Assembly (NCBI RefSeq): GCF_002257455.1
Contig: NZ_NCKN01000001.1
Location: 1-60,126, forward strand
Direction of reading: 5' to 3'
From: Microbacterium sp. 13-71-7
GTDB taxonomy: Bacteria; Actinomycetota; Actinomycetes; Actinomycetales; Microbacteriaceae
DNA length: 60,126 nt
Part shown: positions 1 through 8,746 of the stretch, one piece after another
How the letters are laid out: each line of letters begins with the position of its first letter
Numbering within the stretch: the first letter of the stretch is position 1
The notes under the pieces: model-generated
What the model was told of the DNA's origin: nothing
Database searches by the model: none
What the model saw: the letters and a program-made list of their open reading frames with translations, nothing else
Translations under genes and position numbers: made by a program

Positions 1-950
1 ACGTCGTGCACGAGCAGGGCGTGCTCGCCACGAGCGACGACCTGCCGGAGTCGGACCGGGCGACGCTGCGCCGCGCCGGCTCGCAGGTGGCCGATCCGAG
101 CGCTCCCGTGCCGCTCACCAAGCCGCCGCTCGCCGCGTGGGCGCTGCGCAAGGTGCTCGAGGCCGAGGACGCGCCGGAGTGGGCCGCGGCGCAGCTGGAG
201 CGCGTGATCCGCTCGCAGGACTGGTGGTTCGCGGGGCCGGAGCGGAACGGATCCGACCTCGACGGCGACGGGCTGCCGGAGTACGGCCATCCGTACTCCT
301 CCGGACTCGACGACAGCCCCGTGTTCGACGGGCCGATCCCGACGACGGCGCCGGACCTCGCGGCCTATCTCGTGCAGCAGGACCGCGAGATCGCGGCACT
401 CGCCGCCCGCTACCTGCCCGATCACCCCCTCGCGCCGCATCTGGCCCGTGCCGAGCGCACGACCGCGCTCCTCATGGAGCGGCTGTGGGATCCGGCCGCG
501 CGGCGCTTCGTCGCCCTGGGTCCGGGATCCGGCGACGCGGCGCGCATCGTGAGCGACACCGTCGTGGGGCTCATGCCGCTGCGGGTGGACGGATTGCCGG
601 AGGACGCCCGCACCGCCCTCCTCGAGGCGATCGACGACCCGGAGCGGTACGCGCTGGAGTGGGGGCTGCCGACGGTGTCGGCGGCGGATCCCGACTTCTC
701 CCCGGAGCGGATGTGGCGCGGCCCGATCTGGATCAACACCAGTGCGCTCATCGCCGAGGGGCTGGACGCGGCCGGTCGGCCGGAGCGCGCGAGGGCGCTG
801 CGCGAGCAGACCGTGCGCCTCGTGATCCACGGCGGCGGCCCGCACGAATACTTCAACCCGCGCACGGGTCTCAAGGCCGAGCGCGCGACGACGGCGTTCG
901 GCTGGTCGGCCGCGCTGTTCATCGATCTGGCGGTGGAGCTCAGCCGCTGA
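1..950 (+). CDS. GH63/MGH1-like (alpha/alpha)6 glycoside hydrolase, 5'-truncated by the window edge
   Basis: Motifs SSGLDDSP, MWRGPIWIN, HEYFNP..G and FGWSAA are typical of the GH63/amylo-alpha-1,6-glucosidase-like C-terminal domain; frame is open at the window start. Confidence 0.75.
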   Translation, partial: VVHEQGVLATSDDLPESDRATLRRAGSQVADPSAPVPLTKPPLAAWALRKVLEAEDAPEWAAAQLERVIRSQDWWFAGPERNGSDLDGDGLPEYGHPYSSGLDDSPVFDGPIPTTAPDLAAYLVQQDREIAALAARYLPDHPLAPHLARAERTTALLMERLWDPAARRFVALGPGSGDAARIVSDTVVGLMPLRVDGLPEDARTALLEAIDDPERYALEWGLPTVSAADPDFSPERMWRGPIWINTSALIAEGLDAAGRPERARALREQTVRLVIHGGGPHEYFNPRTGLKAERATTAFGWSAALFIDLAVELSR

Positions 951-954
951 CGCG

Positions 955-1032
955 CGAGACCCCCACAGAGAGTCGAGACCCCCTCGCAGGCGCGTACGCA
1001 GGAGGGGGCCTCGACTCTCTGTGGGGGTTTCG
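955..1032. repeat. REP-like inverted repeat, 31-bp arms, internal 19-nt period
   Basis: CGAGACCCCCACAGAGAGTCGAGACCCCCTC (955-985) pairs with 1002-1032 with 2 mismatches; CGAGACCCCC occurs at 955 and 974. Confidence 0.85.
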
Positions 1033-1108
1033 GCGTCTTGCGGTGCGTTGAGTGGCGTCGGCGGAGCCGGCCTCGAGGGGCCTGGTGTTAGCGTAACCAC
1101 GCGTGTAC

Positions 1109-1123
1109 TGTATGCAATATCCA
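1109..1123. promoter_or_regulatory. Putative GntR operator upstream of the ABC operon
   Basis: TGTATGCAATATCCA, 12/15 identical to TGTATACAAAATACA at 5170-5184. Confidence 0.55.
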
Positions 1124-1140
1124 ATTCTGACGAGGAGGTC

Positions 1141-2457
1141 ATGATGAAGCGACGCGGCATGCTCGCGCTGGCGACGGGGGCTGTGGCGGCCGTCGCCCTG
1201 TCCGGATGCGCGTTCGGCGGAGGGGCGCCGACGAGCGGCGAGGCCCTGAAGGCGGATGCGGAGGCCACGGGCACGATCACCGTCTGGTCCTGGGACGTCG
1301 CCGCGACCGCGCTCAAGCGCCTCGGCGCCGACTACGAGAAGGCGCACAAGGGCACCACGATCAAGGTCGTGGACATCGGCTACGACAACGCCTACGACAA
1401 GATCTCGGTCGGCCTGCAGGCCGGCACAGGACTCCCCGACATGATCACGCTCGAGACGGATCACAACCAGGGCTACCTCGCGCAGTTCCCGAAGGGCTTC
1501 GCCGACCTCTCGCCCGTGCTCGGCGACAAGAAGGCCGACTTCGACCCGTTCAAGTGGTCGACGGGCACCGGCAAGGACGGTGCGCTGCGGATGGCCCCCT
1601 GGGACTCCGGCACCGTGGGCCTGTACTACCGCACCGACTACTTCCAGGCCGCGGGAGTGGATCCCTCCGCCGTGAAGACCTGGGACGACCTTGTCGCGGC
1701 GGGGGAGAGGATCAAGGCCGCGACAGGGCACACGCTGCTCACGGCCGACCTCTCCGCGGGCGGATCCCTCTCGATGTACCTGCAGCAGCAGGGCAAGGGA
1801 TACTTCGACGACAAGGGCGAGATCACCGTGAACTCGCCCGAGGCCGTGCGCGCGCTCACCCTGCTGCAGACCATGCAGCAGAAGGGGCTGCTCACGAACG
1901 CCAAGGGCTGGGACGCGAGCGTCACGAGCGCGAAGGACGGCGACTCCGCGGTCACCCCCGAGGCGGTCTGGTGGATCGGGACGCTCGAGGGCGAGGCGCC
2001 GGAGCTCAGCGGGAAGTACGCCGTGCGCGACCTGCCGGTCTTCGACGGCGGCAGCGCGCCGACCTCGAACAACGGCGGATCCGGTCTCGCGATCCCCGCG
2101 CAGGCGAAGAACCCGCAGCTCGCGGCCGACTTCATGGCCTACGTGCTGGCGAACAGCGGCAACCAGTCGAGCATGATGCAGAAGGAGGGGCTCTTCCCGG
2201 CATACCTGCCGGCGCTCAAGGCCGACTTCTTCGAGCAGCCGAGCGACTACTTCGGCGGGGAGAAGGTGTTCCAGACCTTCGCCGAGCTCACGCCGAAGAT
2301 CCCGTCCATCGCCTTCGCCTCGGACCAGTCGGTCGCGAGCGACGCCGTCACGAACGCCGTCGGCGCCGCGGTGCTCAACGGGGAGGATCCGAAGAAGGCG
2401 CTGGACGACGCGGCCGCCCAGATCGCGAACTCGACCGGCCGCAAGATCGCGGGCTGA
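1141..2457 (+). CDS. Sugar ABC transporter substrate-binding lipoprotein
   Basis: GAGGAGG RBS before ATG 1141; lipobox LSGC; ITVWSW, GLYYRTD and NNGGSGLAI are typical of CUT1 binding proteins. Confidence 0.9.
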   Translation: MMKRRGMLALATGAVAAVALSGCAFGGGAPTSGEALKADAEATGTITVWSWDVAATALKRLGADYEKAHKGTTIKVVDIGYDNAYDKISVGLQAGTGLPDMITLETDHNQGYLAQFPKGFADLSPVLGDKKADFDPFKWSTGTGKDGALRMAPWDSGTVGLYYRTDYFQAAGVDPSAVKTWDDLVAAGERIKAATGHTLLTADLSAGGSLSMYLQQQGKGYFDDKGEITVNSPEAVRALTLLQTMQQKGLLTNAKGWDASVTSAKDGDSAVTPEAVWWIGTLEGEAPELSGKYAVRDLPVFDGGSAPTSNNGGSGLAIPAQAKNPQLAADFMAYVLANSGNQSSMMQKEGLFPAYLPALKADFFEQPSDYFGGEKVFQTFAELTPKIPSIAFASDQSVASDAVTNAVGAAVLNGEDPKKALDDAAAQIANSTGRKIAG

Positions 2458-2458
2458 C

Positions 2459-3403
2459 GTGACGGTCGCCACTGTGCGGCGGCCTCCGGCGGAGGGGAGT
2501 CGCGACGAGAGCCGTCGCGACGCCCCTCGCACGGGTCGTCGTCTCGCCGCGCGCATGCAGCGGCCGGGGATGTGGTTCGCCCTTCCCGCGGCCGCGCTGC
2601 TCGTGCTGTTCTTCGCGTACCCCCTCGCGGTGTCGCTGCTGCAGAGCTTCTTCCGCACCTCGGGCGGTGTGAGCACGTTCGTCGGATTCGACCAGTACGC
2701 GCGGATGCTCCGGGATCCGCTGGTGCTGAAGAGCCTCGGCAACGCGCTGTTGATCCTCGTCGTGCAGGTGCCGATCATGATGGCGCTCGCCGTCGGTCTC
2801 GCGTACCTGCTGAATCAGGCGTGGCTGCGCTTCCGCGCCGGGTTCCGCCTGCTGACGTTCCTGCCGGCCATCACGACGCTCGTGGCCTACTCCGTCGTGT
2901 TCCGCGTGATCATGACCACGGACGGCGGCCTGCTGAACCAGTTCCTCGCGCTCTGCGGCGCCGGGCCCATCGACTGGCTGAACAACGAGTGGTGGGCGCG
3001 GGTCGCCGTGATCGCGTCGATCACCTGGCGCTGGACCGGCTACAACATGGTCATCATCCTCGCCGGCCTGCAGGCGATCCCGCCCGAGCTCTACGAGGCC
3101 GCTCGCATCGACGGCGCGGGGCGCTGGCAGATCTTCCGGCACATCGTCGTCCCGCAGCTGCGGCCCGTGCTGATCTTCACCAGCGTCACGTCGACGATCG
3201 GCGCGCTGCAGCTCTTCGACGAGAACTTCATCCTCACCGGGGGCGGCCCGAACAACGCGACCCTCACCCCGGTGCTCTATCTGTACAAGATCGGCTTCCA
3301 GCAGTTCGACTTCGGCTACGCCAGCGCGATCGCCTGGATGCTCGTGATCCTCACCGGGATCATCGCCGTGATCCAGTTCCGCATCATGAGGGAGAAGCCA
3401 TGA
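2459..3403 (+). CDS. Sugar ABC transporter permease
   Basis: EAA loop LYEAARIDGAG; multiple TM segments. Confidence 0.9.
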   Translation: MTVATVRRPPAEGSRDESRRDAPRTGRRLAARMQRPGMWFALPAAALLVLFFAYPLAVSLLQSFFRTSGGVSTFVGFDQYARMLRDPLVLKSLGNALLILVVQVPIMMALAVGLAYLLNQAWLRFRAGFRLLTFLPAITTLVAYSVVFRVIMTTDGGLLNQFLALCGAGPIDWLNNEWWARVAVIASITWRWTGYNMVIILAGLQAIPPELYEAARIDGAGRWQIFRHIVVPQLRPVLIFTSVTSTIGALQLFDENFILTGGGPNNATLTPVLYLYKIGFQQFDFGYASAIAWMLVILTGIIAVIQFRIMREKP

Positions 3404-4296
3404 CGACGCAGCTGATCACGACCGGCCGCGACAGGCGCAGCGGGCAGCCCGCCGGCCGTTCCGGAGAGCCGCTGGTGCGCAGGATCGTCCTGCGGGCGCC
3501 GGTCTACGCGATCCTGGTGGTGGCGAGCGTGCTCGCGCTCGTCCCGTTCCTGTGGATGGTCATCGCCTCCACGCACAAGACCAGCGACCTGTTCGTCACG
3601 CCGCTGCCGCTCCTGCCCGGTGGCGAGTTCTGGCAGAACCTCGGCCGGCTGCAGGAAAGCATCGGCTTCGGCCAGGTGATGCTCAACAGCGTGCTCGTGG
3701 CGGTGGTCTACACGGTGTTCAGCTCGCTGATCAGCATCATGTGCGGCTACGGCCTCGCCACTTACCGGTTCCGCGGGCGCGGGGTGCTGCTGGGCGCGAT
3801 CCTCGTCACGATGATGATCCCGATGCAGGTGCTGCTCGTGCCGCTGTTCCAGATGATGGCGAGCGCGGGATGGATCGACTCCTACCAGGCGCTCATCGTC
3901 CCGTTCCTGGCGAACGCGTTCGGCATCTTCCTCATGCGGCAGGGCTTCCTCGACTTCCCCGCCACGCTCATCGAGGCGGCGAGGATCGACGGAGCCGGCG
4001 AGCTGCGCACGTTCTACCGGATCGTGCTCCCTGTCGCCCGGCCGCAGATCGCGGCGCTGGTGATCTACACGTTTATCAGCCAGTGGAACTCGTTCATCTG
4101 GCCGCTGCTCATGCTGAACAGCGAGGACAGGTACACGGTCCCGGTCGCGCTGAACACGATGATCGGACTGAGCAGGGTCGACTACTCCGGGCTCATGCTC
4201 GGATCCCTCCTCGCGACCCTTCCGCTGTTCGTGCTGTTCCTGGTGTTCCAGAAGCAGTTCGTGGCGGGCCTGCTCGGAGGCGCGGTCAAGGGTTGA
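3400..4296 (+). CDS. Sugar ABC transporter permease
   Basis: ATGA overlap with the upstream permease; EAA loop LIEAARIDGAGE. Confidence 0.9.
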   Translation: MTTQLITTGRDRRSGQPAGRSGEPLVRRIVLRAPVYAILVVASVLALVPFLWMVIASTHKTSDLFVTPLPLLPGGEFWQNLGRLQESIGFGQVMLNSVLVAVVYTVFSSLISIMCGYGLATYRFRGRGVLLGAILVTMMIPMQVLLVPLFQMMASAGWIDSYQALIVPFLANAFGIFLMRQGFLDFPATLIEAARIDGAGELRTFYRIVLPVARPQIAALVIYTFISQWNSFIWPLLMLNSEDRYTVPVALNTMIGLSRVDYSGLMLGSLLATLPLFVLFLVFQKQFVAGLLGGAVKG

Positions 4297-4337
4297 CGGC
4301 TCGCCTGCCGCGAGCGGGAGCGTCTCTGTGGCGGCGC

Positions 4338-4414
4338 CACCTGCAGGACCTGGGAACGGATGCACGATCCGATCGCCGGATCCGTCGTGCATCCGTTCCC
4401 GGGTCCTGCAGGTG
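4338..4414. terminator. 30-bp-arm inverted repeat between convergent genes (REP-like or bidirectional terminator)
   Basis: CACCTGCAGGACCTGGGAACGGATGCACGA / TCGTGCATCCGTTCCCGGGTCCTGCAGGTG, one wobble pair; TGCAgGA/TGCAcGA 19 nt apart. Confidence 0.8.
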
Positions 4415-4433
4415 TCCCGGCGTCGAGCGGGGT

Positions 4434-5090
4434 TCAGGCCGAGAAGTACGCGCTCGACGAGTTGTCGAGGATCCGGCGCATGCCGTGCAGCCAGTTGAGC
4501 TTGAGCGCTTCGATCGCCGCGGGCACGTCGCCGGCGGCGAGGGCATGGGCGATCGCGGCGTGCTCCGCGGCCACGCGGTCGATCTTCACGTCCTCGGCGA
4601 CGAGGAGGGCCTCGTAGCGGTGGAAGGATCCGCGCACGCTCTCGATCACGTCGAGGAGGCGCCGATTCGGGCAGACGGACAGCATGAGGGCGTGCCACTC
4701 GTCGTCCTTCGTCATCACGAGGGAGTGCTCGACGTGCTCGTCCGTGAAGGCCTCGGCCAGTTCGACGAGGCGCGCGCCCACGGCCTTCAGGTCCTCGACC
4801 GGGCTGAGCTCGAGCGCGAGGCTCTCCAGCGTCGCCATGACGGGCGCCAGATCCTCGAATTCGCCGGCGCTGAGCGGCACGAAGCGGAAGCCCTTGCCGT
4901 TCTCGCTGGAGATCTGCCCCTCGGACTCGAGCGCGATCAGCGCCTCGCGCAGCGGCGTGCGGCTGACGCCGAGCTCGGCGGCGAGCTGCACCTCGTTGAT
5001 GCCCTCGCCGGGCCGGACGTTCCCCGTGCGCATGCGCGCGAGGAGTTCCTCGCGCACTTGTGAACGGAGGTTCTTGCGTTCGATGGCCAT
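4434..5090 (-). CDS. GntR family (FadR/FCD) transcriptional regulator
   Basis: HTH EVQLAAELGVSRTPLREAL; FCD-like C-terminus (DDEWH, AEHAAIA). Confidence 0.92.
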   Translation of the reverse strand: MAIERKNLRSQVREELLARMRTGNVRPGEGINEVQLAAELGVSRTPLREALIALESEGQISSENGKGFRFVPLSAGEFEDLAPVMATLESLALELSPVEDLKAVGARLVELAEAFTDEHVEHSLVMTKDDEWHALMLSVCPNRRLLDVIESVRGSFHRYEALLVAEDVKIDRVAAEHAAIAHALAAGDVPAAIEALKLNWLHGMRRILDNSSSAYFSA

Positions 5091-5138
5091 CTTTCCCCTC
5101 CAGTGGAACCTTAGCGACAGTGCTCGAGGCTCGGGCTG

Positions 5139-5184
5139 TTGACGTGATCACGATCGCGTCATAGTGTTATGTATACAAAATACA
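5139..5184 (+). promoter_or_regulatory. Sigma70-type promoter plus putative GntR operator for the GH42-gcvP operon
   Basis: TTGACG (5139) N17 TAGTGT (5162), followed by TGTATACAAAATACA (5170-5184). Confidence 0.6.
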
Positions 5185-5249
5185 CCTGACGGTCGGAAAC
5201 GTCGTCATCGGCACGGCACGTGCACGAAAAGACTCAGGGAGGAGCCTTC

Positions 5250-7373
5250 GTGGCCCAGCATCTCGACGACGGGCGGATCCGCGAGGTCCGCATCGACGCC
5301 CTGGCGTTCGGCGGCGACTACAACCCCGACCAGTGGTCGGAGGACGTGTGGCTCGAGGACATCCGCCTCATGCAGGAGGCCGGCGTCACGATGGTGAGCC
5401 TGCCGATCTTCAGCTGGCCGCAGCTCGAGCCGGAGCCCGGCGTCTACGACTGGAGCTGGCTGGACCGGATCCTGGGGCTGCTGCACGACGCGGGCATCCG
5501 CATCGACCTCGCCACCGCGACCGCCACCCCGCCGTCCTGGCTGCTGCGCGCGCACCCCGAGATGGCGCCCTGGGACTCCGACGGCCACCGCCTGGAGTTC
5601 GGCTCGCGGCAGACCTACTGCCCGTCCTCGCCGATCTGGCGCGAGAACGTCGCGCGCATGACGCGGGCGATCGCCGAACGCTACGGCGAGCACCCCGGCC
5701 TGGCGATGTGGCACATCTCGAACGAGTACGGCGATCACGTCTCGCGCTGCTGGTGCCCCGAGTCCGCCCGGCACTTCCGACGCTGGCTGCAGGACCGCTA
5801 CGGCGACCTCGACGGACTGAACGAAGCATGGGGCGTCAACGTCTGGGGCCAGCGCTACACGTCGTGGGAGCACATCGAGACGCCGAAGAAGGCGCCGGGT
5901 CCGATCAACCCCACGAAGCTGCTCGACTTCGAGCGGTTCTCCTCGGACGCGATGCTCGAGCTCTTCCAGGTCGAGATCGACGTGCTGCGCGAGGTCACCC
6001 CCGACATCGCCGTGACCACGAACTTCATGAGCATGTTCCGCGACCTCGACTACTGGCGCTTCGCCGAGCGCGAGGACGTGGTGACGGACGACGCCTATCC
6101 GGATCCGATGGATCCGACCTCGCACGTCGGCGCCGCCCTCAACTACGGGCTCATGCGCGCGCTCAAGGGCGGGCGGCCCTGGCTGCTGCTGGAGTCGTCG
6201 GCGAGTGCGACGAGCTGGCGCGACGTGAACGTGCCGAAGGCCCCTGGCAAGATCCGGGTGGAGAGCCTGCAGGCCGTCGCGCACGGATCCGACGCCGTGA
6301 TGTTCTTCCAGTGGCGCCAGGCCAAGTACGGCCAGGAGAAGTTCCACTCCTCGATGCTCGGCCACCGCGGGGAGCGGTCGCGCAGCTTTCAGGAGACCAA
6401 GGCGCTGGGCCTCGAGCTGAAGCGGCTCGAGCCGGTGCGCGGCAGCCGGGTGCGCTCGCGCGTGGGCCTCGTCGTGGACTGGGACTCCTGGTGGGGATCC
6501 AGCGCGGTCGAGTCGCTGCCCTCGCAGCGGCTGCAGTGGGCCCAGCAGGCCCGCGCCTGGCACCGCGCCCTGTACGCGCTGGGCCACCCGGTCGACGCCG
6601 TGCGCGTGGGCGGCGAGGCGAGCGGAACCCCGTTCGACCGCTACGACGTGATCGTGGCGCCGAACCTGTACATCCTCGAGGAGTCGCAGACCGCGGCGCT
6701 GCGCGCCTTCGTCGCGCGCGGTGGGACGCTCGTGGTCGGCCCGTTCTCCGGCGTCGTCGACAGCACCGAGAAGGTGCACGACGGCGGCGCCCCCGGTCCG
6801 CTGCGCGACCTGCTCGGCATCGAGGTCGACGAGCAGTGGCCGATCGCGGACGGCGTCGCCGAGCGCCTCTCCTACGGGGAGGCCGAGCTCACGGTGCCGC
6901 ACTGGGGCGAGTGGATCGAGGCCGATGCGGACGTCGAGATCCGCGGCGCGTACGCCACCGGCGAGCTCGCGGGACGCCCTGCGGTCACCCGGCGCCCCCA
7001 CGCGTCGGGATCCGCCTGGTACGTCAGCGCGATGCTGCAGCCCGAGGGCCTCGCCGCGGTGTTCCGCGACGTCCTCCGCACGGCGGGCCTGCCCGCGCGC
7101 GACGACGACTCCGTGCAGGCCGAGGCCGTGACCCGCTCGGACGGGACGACCGACTACACGTTCCTGCTGAACCACGCGGCAGACCCGGTGACCTTCGACC
7201 TGCCGATCTCCGGCCGGGATCTGATCACCGGATCCGAGGCCGCGGGAGAGCTGACCCTGGGCGCCTACGGCGTCGCGGTCATCGCCTCGCCGCGGTCGGA
7301 ATCCATCCCTTTCCTCACCCTCGTCCCTACCCCCCGGACCACCCGGGCCACCCCGTCGAAGGAGCTGGCATGA
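5250..7373 (+). CDS. GH42 beta-galactosidase
   Basis: GGDYNPDQW, ATATATPPSWL, WHISNEYG, FFQWRQ..GQEKFHS; GGAGGAG RBS before GTG 5250. Confidence 0.92.
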   Translation: MAQHLDDGRIREVRIDALAFGGDYNPDQWSEDVWLEDIRLMQEAGVTMVSLPIFSWPQLEPEPGVYDWSWLDRILGLLHDAGIRIDLATATATPPSWLLRAHPEMAPWDSDGHRLEFGSRQTYCPSSPIWRENVARMTRAIAERYGEHPGLAMWHISNEYGDHVSRCWCPESARHFRRWLQDRYGDLDGLNEAWGVNVWGQRYTSWEHIETPKKAPGPINPTKLLDFERFSSDAMLELFQVEIDVLREVTPDIAVTTNFMSMFRDLDYWRFAEREDVVTDDAYPDPMDPTSHVGAALNYGLMRALKGGRPWLLLESSASATSWRDVNVPKAPGKIRVESLQAVAHGSDAVMFFQWRQAKYGQEKFHSSMLGHRGERSRSFQETKALGLELKRLEPVRGSRVRSRVGLVVDWDSWWGSSAVESLPSQRLQWAQQARAWHRALYALGHPVDAVRVGGEASGTPFDRYDVIVAPNLYILEESQTAALRAFVARGGTLVVGPFSGVVDSTEKVHDGGAPGPLRDLLGIEVDEQWPIADGVAERLSYGEAELTVPHWGEWIEADADVEIRGAYATGELAGRPAVTRRPHASGSAWYVSAMLQPEGLAAVFRDVLRTAGLPARDDDSVQAEAVTRSDGTTDYTFLLNHAADPVTFDLPISGRDLITGSEAAGELTLGAYGVAVIASPRSESIPFLTLVPTPRTTRATPSKELA

Positions 7374-8746
7374 CGCAGACGTTCGTGCATCCCTACATCC
7401 CGAACACGGCGCCGGAGACCCACGCCGAGATGCTCGCCGCCGTCGGCGCCGCCTCGATCGAGGACTTCTACGCCGACGTGCCGGAGGACCTGCGCCTGCG
7501 CCGTCCGCTGGACGTGCCGGCACCGCTGACGGCCGAGCAGGACCTCGCCCGTCACGTGCGCGGGATCCTGGCGCAGAACCGCACCACCGAGGAGCGCCTG
7601 AGCTTCCTCGGGGCGGGCACGTACAACCACTACGTGCCGGCGGTCGTGGACGAGGTCATCCGCCGCAGCGAGTTCCTCACCGCCTACGCGGGCGAGCCCT
7701 ATGAGGACCACGGCCGGTTCCAGGCGCTGTTCGAGTACCAGTCGCTCATGGCGGAGCTGCTCGCGATGGACGTCGTGAACGTGCCGACCTACGACGGCTA
7801 CCAGGCCGCGGCCACGGGTCTCGCGATGGCCGGCCGGCTCACCGGCCGCGGCGTCGTGCTCGCCCTGAGCGACGTGCTGCCGGAGAAGGACTCGAAGGTG
7901 GGCGACTACACGCGGGCCGGCCTGCAGATCGAGCGGATCCCCACCGCGGGCGGCATCGCCGACCTCGGGGCGCTGCTGGCGCGGCTGGCCGACGACGTCG
8001 CGGCCGTGTGGGTCGAGACGCCGAGCTTCACCGGCGCCGTCGAGACGCGGCTGCGCGAGATCGCGGACGCGGCGCACGCCGTCGGCGCGGTCGTCGTCGT
8101 GGGCACGGACCCGATCGGGTACGGCGTGCTGACCCCGCCGGCCCTGCAGGGCGCCGACATCGTCACCGGCGACATCCAGTCGCTCGGGCTGCACCAGTGG
8201 TTCGGCGGCGCGCACGCCGGCTTCATCGCCGTCCATGACGAGCCGCGGTTCGTCATGGAGATGCCGTCCCGGCTGTTCGGCCTGGAGTCGACCGACGTGC
8301 CGGGCGAATACGGCTTCGGCGACGTCGCCTACGACCGCACCTCCTTCGCGCACCGCGAGGAGGGCAAGGAATGGGTCGGCACGGCGGCCGCGCTGTGGGG
8401 CATCGCCGCCGGCGTGCACCTCGCGCTCATGGGACCGCAGGGCATGGCGGACCTCGGCGAGCTGCTGCTCGCCCGCACCGCGTACGCGCAGCGGCAGCTC
8501 GCCGCGATCCCGGGAGTCGCCCTCGGGGATGACGCGCTGCACCTCCGGGAGTTCACGGTCCGCTTCGACACCGCCCGGACCGCCGACGTCGTCACCGCGC
8601 TGCGCGCGGAGGGCATCGAGCCCGGCGTCGTGGTGGACGAGCACACCCTGCTCGTCTGCGTGACAGAGGCCACCTCCGCATCCGACATCGACCGCCTCGC
8701 CGCCGCGCTCGCGACGGCCATCGACACCGAGGAGCAGGACGCGTGA
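7370..8746 (+). CDS. gcvPA: Glycine dehydrogenase P-protein subunit 1-like (divergent GcvPA)
   Basis: HPYIPNT, SFLGAGTYNHYVPAVV, RSEFLTAY, FEYQSLMAEL, GADIVTGD; ATGA overlap with GH42. Confidence 0.85.
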   Translation: MTQTFVHPYIPNTAPETHAEMLAAVGAASIEDFYADVPEDLRLRRPLDVPAPLTAEQDLARHVRGILAQNRTTEERLSFLGAGTYNHYVPAVVDEVIRRSEFLTAYAGEPYEDHGRFQALFEYQSLMAELLAMDVVNVPTYDGYQAAATGLAMAGRLTGRGVVLALSDVLPEKDSKVGDYTRAGLQIERIPTAGGIADLGALLARLADDVAAVWVETPSFTGAVETRLREIADAAHAVGAVVVVGTDPIGYGVLTPPALQGADIVTGDIQSLGLHQWFGGAHAGFIAVHDEPRFVMEMPSRLFGLESTDVPGEYGFGDVAYDRTSFAHREEGKEWVGTAAALWGIAAGVHLALMGPQGMADLGELLLARTAYAQRQLAAIPGVALGDDALHLREFTVRFDTARTADVVTALRAEGIEPGVVVDEHTLLVCVTEATSASDIDRLAAALATAIDTEEQDA

